Shown here: positions 24,118-32,000 of the stretch, one piece after another
Numbering within the stretch: the stretch's first letter is position 1
Layout: each line of letters begins with the position of its first letter
NCBI GenBank assembly: GCA_965228485.1
Contig: OZ245819.1
Span: 30,001-62,000, forward strand
Reading direction: 5' to 3'
Length of the DNA: 32,000 nt
Source of the DNA: Candidatus Saccharimonadota bacterium
Lineage (GTDB): Bacteria; Patescibacteriota; Gracilibacteria; UBA4473
The notes under the pieces: generated by a model
Told to the model about the DNA's origin: nothing
What the model saw: only the letters and a program-made list of their open reading frames with translations
The model's database searches: none
Translations under genes and position numbers: made by a program

Positions 24118-25671
24118 GTGCTTTCCGATATAAACCTAATAAGAATTATGTTTAAGGATTTTTACTTTTGGCGTGATTGGACACAGACAAAGAATGATGT
24201 GCTTTCCGGGCTTACCGTCGCTTTGGCTCTTGTGCCAGAAGCGGTGGCTTTTGCTTTTGTGGCGGGCGTGCATCCATTAGTAGGAATTCATGCAGCGATT
24301 TTGATTGGATTTTTTGCCGCGTTGCTCGGAGGAAGACCAGGGATGATCTCTGGGGCGACAGGGGCTCTAGCGGTGGTAATGGTGAGTTTGGTAGCGGAAC
24401 ACGGTGTAGAATATTTATTTGCAACGGTGGTTTTGATGGGGATTATTCAGATACTGGCAGGAGTCTTGCGACTCGGGAAATTTGTCCGATTTATTCCGCA
24501 TCCGGTGATGCTTGGGTTTGTGAATGGTCTGGCGATTGTGATCTTTTTGTCTCAATTGGAGATGTTTAAAACCGAAGAACATTGGATGACGGGGATGCCG
24601 CTCTTGATGATGCTCGGGTTTGTGGCTTTGACGATGGCGGTGATTTTTTGGCTTCCAAAGCTGACAAAATCGGTTCCCTCGTCTCTGGCAGCAATTGCTC
24701 TGGTCACGGGAATTGTAGCATTTTTTGGATTTGAGACGAACACGGTAAAGGATTTTATCGTTGATATGGGGGGAACAGGATTTAGTGGAAGTTTACCGAT
24801 TTTTCATATTCCGATGGTGCCGATTAATCTAGAAACTCTGCAGGTTATTTTGCCTTATGCACTGATCTTGGCGGCGATTGGTCTGATTGAATCCCTGATG
24901 ACGTTGACCTTGATTGATGAGATTACGGAAACTCACGGGAATACAAACCGGGAATGTTTTGGACAGGGGATTGCCAATGTGATTACTGGATTTTTTCAGG
25001 GAATGGGAGGTTGTGCGATGATTGGTCAGAGTATGATCAATATTAATTCTGGCGGACGAGGTCGTCTGTCTGGGATTTCTGCAGCGACGTTCTTGTTATT
25101 GTTTTTGCTCTTTGCTTCTAAGCTGATTGAAATGATTCCTCTGGCGGCATTGGTCGGAGTGATGTTTGTAGTCGTGATTAAGACTTTTGCTTGGGGAAGT
25201 TTCCGAGTGATCAACAAGGTTCCACGAACCGATATTCTTGTGATTGTTCTGGTTACGGTCGTAACGGTTTTGACTGATCTAGCTATCGCGGTGGCGTGTG
25301 GAGTGATTGTTTCGGCGTTGGTTTTTGCCTGGGAAAAAGCGCATCATATTTACGTGACGACTGAGATGAAAGGGAAGATGAAATACTACTATTTAGATGG
25401 TCCAATCTTCTTTGCTTCAACGACAAAATTTCAGTCGCTTTTTGATCTGAAAAATGATCCTGATGAGGTCTATATCGATTTCAAAAATTCTCGGGTCTAT
25501 GATCATTCAGCTTTGGAGGCGATTAATACGCTTACTGAAAAATATAAGAAACGAGGGAAGAAACTGCATTTAGTACATCTCAGTACAGATTGTCAGAATC
25601 TACTCAAAAATGCAGAGGGAATTATTGAGGTGAACTTTGATGATCCAGAGTACACGGTATCGAGTCATTAG
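24118..25671 (+). CDS. SulP-family inorganic anion transporter with C-terminal STAS domain
   Basis: About 12 TM helices with SulP-type motifs (LSGLTVALALVPEAVAFAFVAGV, GQGIANVITGFFQGMGGCAMIGQS). The C-terminal YYYLDGPIFFASTTKF...HLVHLS is STAS-like. The track start is GTG 24118; ATG 24148 is an alternative. Confidence 0.9.
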   Translation: MLSDINLIRIMFKDFYFWRDWTQTKNDVLSGLTVALALVPEAVAFAFVAGVHPLVGIHAAILIGFFAALLGGRPGMISGATGALAVVMVSLVAEHGVEYLFATVVLMGIIQILAGVLRLGKFVRFIPHPVMLGFVNGLAIVIFLSQLEMFKTEEHWMTGMPLLMMLGFVALTMAVIFWLPKLTKSVPSSLAAIALVTGIVAFFGFETNTVKDFIVDMGGTGFSGSLPIFHIPMVPINLETLQVILPYALILAAIGLIESLMTLTLIDEITETHGNTNRECFGQGIANVITGFFQGMGGCAMIGQSMININSGGRGRLSGISAATFLLLFLLFASKLIEMIPLAALVGVMFVVVIKTFAWGSFRVINKVPRTDILVIVLVTVVTVLTDLAIAVACGVIVSALVFAWEKAHHIYVTTEMKGKMKYYYLDGPIFFASTTKFQSLFDLKNDPDEVYIDFKNSRVYDHSALEAINTLTEKYKKRGKKLHLVHLSTDCQNLLKNAEGIIEVNFDDPEYTVSSH

Positions 25672-25842
25672 TGAGGGGAGAAAATTCTGGCTGAAACTTA
25701 TGTTAAAGTCCTTGCGTCCAGAATCTTGAGAGAAAGAGACTCTGAACAAGCCAGAGATTTAGATTAATTGTCATGAGAAGTTAAAAATCTTTACGAAGAT
25801 TGAATCAGTCAAGTAATTGGGAAGCATGATAATTTCTTGAAT

Positions 25843-25918
25843 ATGTCATCCTGAACTTGTGAAGGATCTACAATAACGAGAGATTCTTCGCTTCACTCAG
25901 AATGACATAGGTTTTTTT
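25843..25918 (+). terminator. long imperfect hairpin plus T-run; a REP-like element that may act as a terminator
   Basis: Arms atgtcatcctgaacttgtgaaggatct / agattcttcgcttcactcagaatgacat pair at atgtcat/atgacat, ctga/tcag and gaaggatct/agattcttc. The loop is acaataacgag, followed by ggttttttt (T-run 25912-25918). It lies about 170 nt downstream of the SulP stop. Confidence 0.4.
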
Positions 25919-25952
25919 CTAGTAATTTTTTTAATCCTGTTTTATAAGTACG

Positions 25953-26159
25953 TTGATGAATCGTCTAGAATCTCAAAGTTCGTCTGTAGGAGAAAGATTT
26001 AAATCTATTGTACACCTTACCAGTGCGGCTATTTTTGGTTTTTTGGGGTATGAAATTGTGGCAGATGCGGGCGGTAGTTTTGCTGAAAAAGCGCTGGGAG
26101 TTATCGCTGGAGCGTTTATTGGGAATGAAGTTGGAAAAGGGATTACGAAGACGGCTTAA
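25953..26159 (+). CDS. small Gly-zipper-like membrane protein (hypothetical)
   Basis: 68 aa with AAIFGFLGY and GVIAGAFIGNEVGKG. TTG 25953 or ATG 25956 could be the start. The 3' end overlaps the convergent DCC gene by 17 nt. Confidence 0.35.
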   Translation: MMNRLESQSSSVGERFKSIVHLTSAAIFGFLGYEIVADAGGSFAEKALGVIAGAFIGNEVGKGITKTA

Positions 26160-26532
26160 TTTTTTTAATTCGTAAGATTTTTAGGAGTAAATTTCTACCG
26201 AATTTTAGAAAAGGGTAGCAGATTTTTGATCGTGTCTTTGAACGGAAAATCCAGTGATTAAATTTATTAAAAAATCCAGATTTAGTACTCATGATTGCCA
26301 GATGGTGAATAGCTTCTGGTCCGTAGTAAAATTCTTCATCCACCACAAAAACAAAACCTTCATCCAGATCGAGGTTTCTTTTTTTTGTTTCTTGTACGAG
26401 TGGGTGGTTGGTTTCTCGAGCATTAACGAGTTTTAAATCACCCAGGTCTTTTCTGATCCGAACCAGACGTGCGTAGTTTCGGCAGGCCGGGCAATCTTTG
26501 TCGTATACAAGAGCGAGTGTTTGTTTCGTCAT
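26143..26532 (-). CDS. DCC-family (DUF393) thiol-disulfide oxidoreductase
   Basis: N-terminal LVYDKDCPACRNYARLV carries the CxxC in the characteristic 'YDG.C.lC' context of DUF393/DCC1. ATGA start/stop overlap with the upstream gene. Confidence 0.75.
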   Translation of the reverse strand: MTKQTLALVYDKDCPACRNYARLVRIRKDLGDLKLVNARETNHPLVQETKKRNLDLDEGFVFVVDEEFYYGPEAIHHLAIMSTKSGFFNKFNHWIFRSKTRSKICYPFLKFGRNLLLKILRIKKIKPSS

Positions 26533-27029
26533 GATGGATATTGGCCACTGTCTTCGTGAATTTTATCTTGGCAGTATTCCATTTGGTAATTGTACTGGGT
26601 CGAGTTTTTCCATCGAACTCTTATGGTTGAAATTGTTTTTATAACCCTTTCGATTGGCTTAGTGGTCATGAATTGACCTTTTACTTTTAGGTTGATATTT
26701 TTACCGACAAACTGAGGATTGTCTTCAAGAAATATATTTAGTTCGTCTGGAGTTACAGTTTTGCAGTAAAAATTATAATGGTAATTAGCCTGTTTGTATC
26801 GGTAGAGTCGGAGTTGTTCCCTTGGGATTTTTTTGAATTCGCCGTCACTATTTTCCTGGTAAACTTTCAGGCTTGGTCGTGGAGAAGGGCCTGTGTACAT
26901 ACCGTATCCACCCATTTTCCAAGGATTTATTTTTCCGTTTGCCACTAAGCACATATGGGTTCCAATCCAGTAGGTGTGAATGATTAGAAGTCCATATAGA
27001 ATCCATGATCGATAATCTTTTTTCATCAT
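26529..27029 (-). CDS. membrane-anchored protein, unknown function, operonic with the DCC gene
   Basis: One N-terminal TM helix (WILYGLLIIHTYWIGTHMCLV) followed by NPWKMGGYGMYT and a globular region. Overlaps both neighbours by 4 nt. Confidence 0.5.
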   Translation of the reverse strand: MMKKDYRSWILYGLLIIHTYWIGTHMCLVANGKINPWKMGGYGMYTGPSPRPSLKVYQENSDGEFKKIPREQLRLYRYKQANYHYNFYCKTVTPDELNIFLEDNPQFVGKNINLKVKGQFMTTKPIERVIKTISTIRVRWKNSTQYNYQMEYCQDKIHEDSGQYPS

Positions 27030-27865
27030 TTCAGGATAAAGTTATCGAGGAAAAAGCCGATCTGGAATACATCAATAATCAGGAGTGATAGACAAATAAT
27101 AAAGAGCCAACGTGGCATTCCATACTGGAAAACAATGCAGAGAATAGCGATGTTTAGAACCTGGAAATTCATTTCGTCCGCATACAGTCCAGCGCCGAGT
27201 AAAAAACCGATTTCGGTGAATAGTATCCACCAATTTCTAAATCCTAAAATAAGAAGTATTCCTACAAAAACCTGCCAGACGATGATAAAAGTTCCAAGGG
27301 CTTTATGTGGTAAGCAGGAATTATAAAGGCTGCTATCGTCACACATAAATTGGAACATGTGTTCGGTGGTACTTCCGAAGTGACTGAAGAAGGTGAAGAA
27401 GGTTCCGTCGATATAATTTCCAGCGATAATTTTTTGTGCGGCGGCGGCAAGCATTACCAGCCCAAGGGTTAATCGGAGATAGTGACCATAGCTTTTCTCT
27501 TTCCACCATTCTGTAAATAGTAATGATGGAGCAATAGCCCAGAGTGCTAACCAGCTGTGATTGGCCTGTGATGGCCAGTTTTGCCAGGACTGAATAATCA
27601 TACCGATAACAAAAAACAGGGTCGCCGTATAACGGTATTTGGGATTGAAATACAGAAATAACATTCCTGCCATCATTACCGTGATAACTGAAATGTAATT
27701 TTGTTCGGTGTAGAGATACTTTAGAAAATTATCAGACTCTTCAAAGACTACCGATAGCATTGCCATCCAAAGCGCCAATTGCATTAGTTTTGGAGAAGCT
27801 TTTTGACTGAATAGTTCAGCAATAAACTTAAGGGGTTTGTAAAAAATTAGCATAAGTGAAGTCAT
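27026..27865 (-). CDS. polytopic membrane protein, possibly HTTM-like (vitamin-K-dependent carboxylase-type TM domain)
   Basis: 279 aa with about 7-8 TM helices. 'QANHSWLALWAIAPSLLF' resembles the HTTM 'NH.YL..ll' motif. The HTTM call is tentative. Confidence 0.5.
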   Translation of the reverse strand: MTSLMLIFYKPLKFIAELFSQKASPKLMQLALWMAMLSVVFEESDNFLKYLYTEQNYISVITVMMAGMLFLYFNPKYRYTATLFFVIGMIIQSWQNWPSQANHSWLALWAIAPSLLFTEWWKEKSYGHYLRLTLGLVMLAAAAQKIIAGNYIDGTFFTFFSHFGSTTEHMFQFMCDDSSLYNSCLPHKALGTFIIVWQVFVGILLILGFRNWWILFTEIGFLLGAGLYADEMNFQVLNIAILCIVFQYGMPRWLFIICLSLLIIDVFQIGFFLDNFILK

Positions 27866-27970
27866 TATATACGGTTGGTTTATTTGGACGAATTTTTTCT
27901 GGTAAGGCGAAGTAAAAAATGGGTTTACTAAAATCTAGATTTTTAAATTAAACCAGTATATCATGCCCGT

Positions 27971-28537
27971 ATGAAAACAAAATTAATCGTGTCGGCCTTG
28001 GGTTTGATTTTTGTTGGTACGGTAACAGCTCAAGTGACTTCTTTTCCGGATGTAAAGCCGGGTCAGTGGTTTTATGAATATATTATGGAAATAAAAAATT
28101 GGGGGGTGGTTGATGGAAATGATGATGGAACTTTTGCTCCGGAAAGAAATATTAATCGGGCAGAATTTTCTAAAATGTTGGTTCGATATGATGAGAGAGT
28201 AGATCAGAAAATTGATGCAGCGGTTGGTGGAATTTCTGTTCCAGAAGTAGAAGTACCAGAAGTAAAATATTTACCTTCGGTGATGCATCTGGATCGAGAT
28301 AATGGAGTTCCAAATGATTGCCCAACTGATTGGGAAGAGGTTCAGTATGGAAGAATTTATGAAAACGATAATAGTCTCAATCGTCGAACTTGTACGACCG
28401 AGAGTGCTTGTCGAGTTATGAATCTTCGTAATCGTGATGTTGAGCCAGCCTCTTGCCCAGAAGGTTGGTCAGAGGCTGATTTTGGACAGACAGATAATCG
28501 AGAGAAACAGAGAGTTTGTTTTGTTTGTGTGAATTAA
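27971..28537 (+). CDS. secreted SLH-domain protein with Cys-rich C-terminal region
   Basis: Signal peptide, then FPDVKPGQWFYEYIMEIKNWGVVDGNDDGTFAPERNINRAEFSKMLVR, a classic SLH pattern. The C-terminal part has 6 Cys. Confidence 0.7.
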   Translation: MKTKLIVSALGLIFVGTVTAQVTSFPDVKPGQWFYEYIMEIKNWGVVDGNDDGTFAPERNINRAEFSKMLVRYDERVDQKIDAAVGGISVPEVEVPEVKYLPSVMHLDRDNGVPNDCPTDWEEVQYGRIYENDNSLNRRTCTTESACRVMNLRNRDVEPASCPEGWSEADFGQTDNREKQRVCFVCVN

Positions 28538-28542
28538 GTTTA

Positions 28543-29448
28543 ATGCGGAAACTTCTTTTTCTACTGTGTTTTTTTATTGGGCTTCAAGGGGCTTATGCTT
28601 TTGAAATTCCAGAAAACAGTAATCAAACAGTTTTGGATCAGGCGAATGTTTTTTCACTTGATGAAGAGCGAAGTTTACGTCAATTGATTTATAATATTGA
28701 AGAAGAAACAACGGTTGAAGTAGCGGTTTGGACCGTTGGCACTTTGGATGGGTATCCAATCTTTAATGCGGCTTTGGAAGCCGGAAGAAAATGGGGAGTT
28801 GGTCAGAAAGAAAATAATAATGGACTGGTGTTATTGATTGCGGTTGATGATCGCGATTGGTTTATGGTCACAGGATATGGAGTGGAAGGAACACTGCCAG
28901 ATGTTACAGTCAAAAGAATTGGAGAACGGTATTTTCCTCCAAATTTTAGGCAGGGGAATTACGCTCGAGGAGTAGAGTTGGCTTTAAATGATATTAAGGC
29001 TTTGTTGGTGGCTGATCCAACGGTGGTAGCTGAATATGATCGTTCTCTTAGTTTTTTGGATTTTATTCGTACTGTAGTGGCGGTTTTACTGTTTTTTGTT
29101 TTTTCAGTAGTTGGGAAAAAATACTTTGAACTTTCTAGCGATATTGATACGATAAAGACGGTTTTTTATTTTATATTTTCACCCTTTGTTTACGGACTTG
29201 TTTTACTTGGTCTATTTATGGTTTTTGAAGTCGCTTTGTTTGGATTTGTAGCGCTTGTTTTTGCTTTGATTCGTTTAATGTTTCCTCGTATTGAGGGGGG
29301 AGGTGCTGGAAGAGGCGGGGGAGGTTCGGGGCGTTTTAATAATTCATCTTGGTCTGATAGTAATTCTTGGTCTTCAGGGGGAGGGTTTAATAGTGGCGGA
29401 TTTGGTGGAGGCTCCTTCGGAGGTGGAGGTGGGGGCGGTAGTTGGTAG
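28543..29448 (+). CDS. TPM-domain (YgcG/DUF477-like) membrane protein with Gly-rich tail
   Basis: Signal peptide MRKLLFLLCFFIGLQGAYA. TPM motifs (VLDQANVFS...EVAVWTV...GVGQKENNNGLVLLIAVDDRDWFMVTGYGVEG), two TM helices and a GGGxG-rich C-terminus. The track start 28516 overlaps the upstream gene; ATG 28543 is preferred. Confidence 0.85.
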   Translation: MRKLLFLLCFFIGLQGAYAFEIPENSNQTVLDQANVFSLDEERSLRQLIYNIEEETTVEVAVWTVGTLDGYPIFNAALEAGRKWGVGQKENNNGLVLLIAVDDRDWFMVTGYGVEGTLPDVTVKRIGERYFPPNFRQGNYARGVELALNDIKALLVADPTVVAEYDRSLSFLDFIRTVVAVLLFFVFSVVGKKYFELSSDIDTIKTVFYFIFSPFVYGLVLLGLFMVFEVALFGFVALVFALIRLMFPRIEGGGAGRGGGGSGRFNNSSWSDSNSWSSGGGFNSGGFGGGSFGGGGGGGSW

Positions 29449-29473
29449 TGCTTAAATCTTATTTTTTATATCT

Positions 29474-30124
29474 ATGGAAAAAATAACAATACGGCTTCAG
29501 GAAATTTTCAAAAGAAATTTACTCGCTCTGTATGAATATGGTTATACAGAGGAAAAATCCTTAATTATTATTCTTAAGAAAGCGGACTTTTTTCGTTTGG
29601 AAAAAGCTCGGAAAGATCTCAAGAAGTATGATTTTGTGATTTTATCAGAAGAAGATTTGAAAGAAGGTGGGGATGTTTTTCCGGTTGAGTTTTTGCGTTT
29701 TCAGACTTCAGTGAAACTTTTGAAAGGGAAGGATGTGTTGGCGGATATCAAAATTAAACCTGCTCAGCTTCGTCCACACCTGGAGTATGAGCTTCGAAAC
29801 AAAAGAATTTATCTGCGAATGGAATATTTGAGACAACCTCGTGGAGAACATTTTTTGCCCTTGATTATGCCGACATTTGAAGGTTTCCTGGATGGACTTT
29901 TACATCTTAAACGGGTGAAGAATTTATCAGAACTTTCTACAGAAGAAAAAATTGAGCAGGTACAAAAAAAATACGAAGTAGATCTGAGTGTGTTCTTTCA
30001 GCTTCATGCTTTTTCTGATCGATCGGTGCGGAGACGGCAGCTTGTCAAAGACACGATTCCAGCTATGATTCAGGAGGTGGATACAGCCTTTTATCTACTC
30101 ATTAAAAAAGTTAATAATCTTTAA
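29474..30124 (+). CDS. hypothetical cytoplasmic protein
   Basis: 216-aa ORF in an operon-like position between the TPM and LemA genes. No motif confidently recognised. Confidence 0.5.
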   Translation: MEKITIRLQEIFKRNLLALYEYGYTEEKSLIIILKKADFFRLEKARKDLKKYDFVILSEEDLKEGGDVFPVEFLRFQTSVKLLKGKDVLADIKIKPAQLRPHLEYELRNKRIYLRMEYLRQPRGEHFLPLIMPTFEGFLDGLLHLKRVKNLSELSTEEKIEQVQKKYEVDLSVFFQLHAFSDRSVRRRQLVKDTIPAMIQEVDTAFYLLIKKVNNL

Positions 30125-30129
30125 ATCCT

Positions 30130-30720
30130 ATGAAATTACTTAAAACTTATGGATGGCTAGCGGCGATAGTTATTGGTCTAATTGTGATCTATTCTTTGGT
30201 GACAGGACCTTACAACAAGATGGTGCAAATGGATGAAGAAGTTCTCACGGCTTGGGCTCAAGTAGAGAATCAGTATCAACGGCGAGCTGATCTTATTCCA
30301 AATTTAGTGGAAACGGTTAAGGGAGTTGCCAACTTTGAGCAAGACACTCTGACCGCTGTAATCGAAGCTCGAGCAAAAGCTACTAAGACAGAAATTGATA
30401 TTAAAGATGCTCAAGAAATGATCGAATATCAACAAGCTCAAAGCGGATTAAGTCAGGCTTTGAGTCGTTTGATGATGATTACAGAAAATTACCCAGAGCT
30501 AAAAGCGACTCAAAATTTTTCTGATCTACAAGCACAGCTAGAGGGAACGGAAAATCGAATTACCGTTGCTCGGCAAGATTTTAATGAACAGGTGAAAGTT
30601 TATAATACCTTCGTTCGGCAGTTTCCAAATAACATTACGGCTATGATCTTTGGATTTGAAAAAGCTAATCGTTTTGAAGCGACAGAAGGAGCAGAAAACG
30701 CTCCAGCGGTACAGTTTTAG
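30130..30720 (+). CDS. lemA: LemA family protein
   Basis: N-terminal TM helix, then YNKMVQMDEEVLTAWAQVENQYQRRADLIPNLVETVKG...ENYPELKATQNFSDLQAQLEGTENRITVARQDFNEQVKVYN, the typical LemA sequence. Confidence 0.9.
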   Translation: MKLLKTYGWLAAIVIGLIVIYSLVTGPYNKMVQMDEEVLTAWAQVENQYQRRADLIPNLVETVKGVANFEQDTLTAVIEARAKATKTEIDIKDAQEMIEYQQAQSGLSQALSRLMMITENYPELKATQNFSDLQAQLEGTENRITVARQDFNEQVKVYNTFVRQFPNNITAMIFGFEKANRFEATEGAENAPAVQF

Positions 30721-30740
30721 TCTGGTTTTATTTGTCTTGA

Positions 30741-30778
30741 AAAAGAACGATGCTTAAGTCATCGTTCTTTTTTATTTT
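30741..30778 (+). terminator. rho-independent terminator after lemA
   Basis: 12-bp stem aaaagaacgatg (30741-30752) / catcgttctttt (30760-30771), loop cttaagt, then a T-rich tail. Confidence 0.7.
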
Positions 30779-30790
30779 TGGTCAATTTTA

Positions 30791-30799
30791 TGCTATAAT
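30791..30799 (+). promoter_or_regulatory. extended -10 promoter element (TGcTATAAT)
   Basis: tgctataat lies at 30791-30799. The next ORF's ATG (30806) begins 7 nt after the hexamer, leaving no room for a 5' UTR or SD. Confidence 0.4.
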
Positions 30800-30805
30800 G
30801 GTGGG

Positions 30806-32000
30806 ATGAGTGCGCCTAATCAACAGCCTAGAATTCCAGAAGGGGATAACCGAAGTTGGTTTGACGTGTTTAAGTTTGGGCGTGGTTTTAAGGATGAAAC
30901 GTCTGATTTAGGCGCTGATATTTTGAGTAGAGGGGTCGAAAGAGCTCGTAGTGCAGGGAATAATGTCATTGATTTTGAGACTGGTCGAGAACGGGTTAAA
31001 GGACAGAGTGAGAGAGAAAGGGGATGGGTAAAAAATCATGTATTGGATCGTTTTATTGTGGATGCGGGGACTGATTCTGAGAGAACTATTTTGCGTCGAG
31101 ATTTGGAATCTGCAGGAACTACAGCGAGACATACACTCGATGTAGCGAATGATAATTTTCCAGATTTAACCGATGAAAGAGCCCTTAAAGCTCGATTAGA
31201 TCGATATGAAAATTTGGAAGATGGTTTGCGACAGAGAAGAGAAAAGAGTGGACTCGCTACTGATGTAGCGTCTATGAGAGTGGCTTTTGATCAGGAATTA
31301 GATCGATTTGCTCCAGACAATGACAATCATCGTCGGAGAATGATGGGAAGAGGAGATGTCTTGAGAGCCAATTGGGAACAATACCGAAATGGGGGACTAA
31401 ATTTTTTTCAATTCTTGAAACGAAGTTTTGTGGACATGACTTTTGAATATAGCGCTGTTTCTCAGGCCGTGCCTGTTTGGAATGCGGGAGTGGAATTAAA
31501 TCGTCGAAAAGAACAAATAGAAGATGTGGCCGATCCGTACCTTGATGCAACGAAGACTGGGGCACGGAGAGCGAAGAAAGGATTACGAGCTAAGCGTGAA
31601 GCTGAGATAGAAGGGACAGCGGTAATGCTGAAAGTAAAAGATTGGACGGTTAATTTTTCTCAATCAGTTAAGCAAGTAGCTCTTGATGTGGCGAGGGGGA
31701 GACGTCAACCAGCAGAGATATATGATTTGGCAAAAGGGCAGTTGGATACTTTTAGAAGAAGTTCGCCAGAAGCTTTCAATGCGTACTTGATAAGTCGTCG
31801 AGCTCAGTTTTTGGATTTGCAGAAAAGGGAGACAGTAGCGGGTTTAATCTACAGAACATGTGATTGGTATCTCAAACCTCAGTATAGAACGAATGATTCT
31901 TTGGTTGAAGAGTTGGCAGAGGCACTCCCTTTTTATGGAACTTATGCCGCCATTCGAGATGTTAATGATGAAAATGGGTTGCCCGCTTGGATGCGTTATG
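30806..32000 (+). CDS. hypothetical Arg/Asp/Glu-rich protein, partial (runs off the window end)
   Basis: I translated this frame manually from ATG 30806 to 31999 and found no stop (MSAPNQQPRIPEGDNRSWFDVFKFGRGF...). It is absent from the ORF track, probably because it has no stop in the window. The upstream in-frame stop is at 30755. Confidence 0.6.
   Translation, partial: MSAPNQQPRIPEGDNRSWFDVFKFGRGFKDETSDLGADILSRGVERARSAGNNVIDFETGRERVKGQSERERGWVKNHVLDRFIVDAGTDSERTILRRDLESAGTTARHTLDVANDNFPDLTDERALKARLDRYENLEDGLRQRREKSGLATDVASMRVAFDQELDRFAPDNDNHRRRMMGRGDVLRANWEQYRNGGLNFFQFLKRSFVDMTFEYSAVSQAVPVWNAGVELNRRKEQIEDVADPYLDATKTGARRAKKGLRAKREAEIEGTAVMLKVKDWTVNFSQSVKQVALDVARGRRQPAEIYDLAKGQLDTFRRSSPEAFNAYLISRRAQFLDLQKRETVAGLIYRTCDWYLKPQYRTNDSLVEELAEALPFYGTYAAIRDVNDENGLPAWMRY

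Noticed and set aside
29281-29448. The Gly-rich coding tail (GGGAGRGGGGSG...GGGGGGSW) as a separate repeat element or gene.
   Set aside because: It is in frame with and contiguous to the TPM-domain ORF. Gly-rich C-terminal tails are typical of YgcG-like proteins.
1-32000. Alternative genetic code (UGA recoding, as in some uncultivated low-GC lineages).
   Set aside because: Kilobase-scale ORFs are intact under the standard code, and TGA is used as a genuine stop at coupled junctions (for example ATGA at 409-412, 7555-7558, 26529-26532 and 27026-27029).

Overview
Low-GC bacterial window in the standard genetic code. All domain calls were made by eye from motifs; no searches were run, and the taxon cannot be determined here. 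There are five blocks. (1) 1-4351: two small coupled ORFs and a 1244-aa standalone protein combining an N-terminal HNH nuclease motif, long helical-repeat regions, a GreA/B-C-like segment and a PIN-like domain. It is a candidate conflict or defence gene. (2) 4457-11531, minus strand: a copper-type metal resistance island with a CsoR-like repressor, permease, secreted Cys protein, His/Met-rich lipoprotein, an unusually long membrane-fusion adaptor and a CusA-type RND pump. No outer-membrane factor gene is visible. (3) 12264-24088, plus strand: the most unusual region, an RHS/Tc-like polymorphic toxin locus. It has two paralogous secreted mini-proteins and an SpvB/TcdB-N plus YD-repeat shell ORF. 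That shell stops exactly where the conserved RHS core should begin. The core and first toxin tip are instead carried by the next ORF, behind a signal-anchored subtilisin (S8) module. Downstream lie two start-less orphan core-tip/toxin cassettes with immunity genes, a degenerate fourth copy and a remnant of a displaced immunity gene. (4) 24118-27865: a SulP/STAS transporter, a hairpin element, a small ORF, and a DCC (DUF393) thiol-oxidoreductase operon with two membrane proteins. (5) 27971-32000: an envelope cluster (SLH protein, TPM/YgcG-like, LemA) and a partial ORF that may be leaderless. No rRNA, tRNA or CRISPR was seen.
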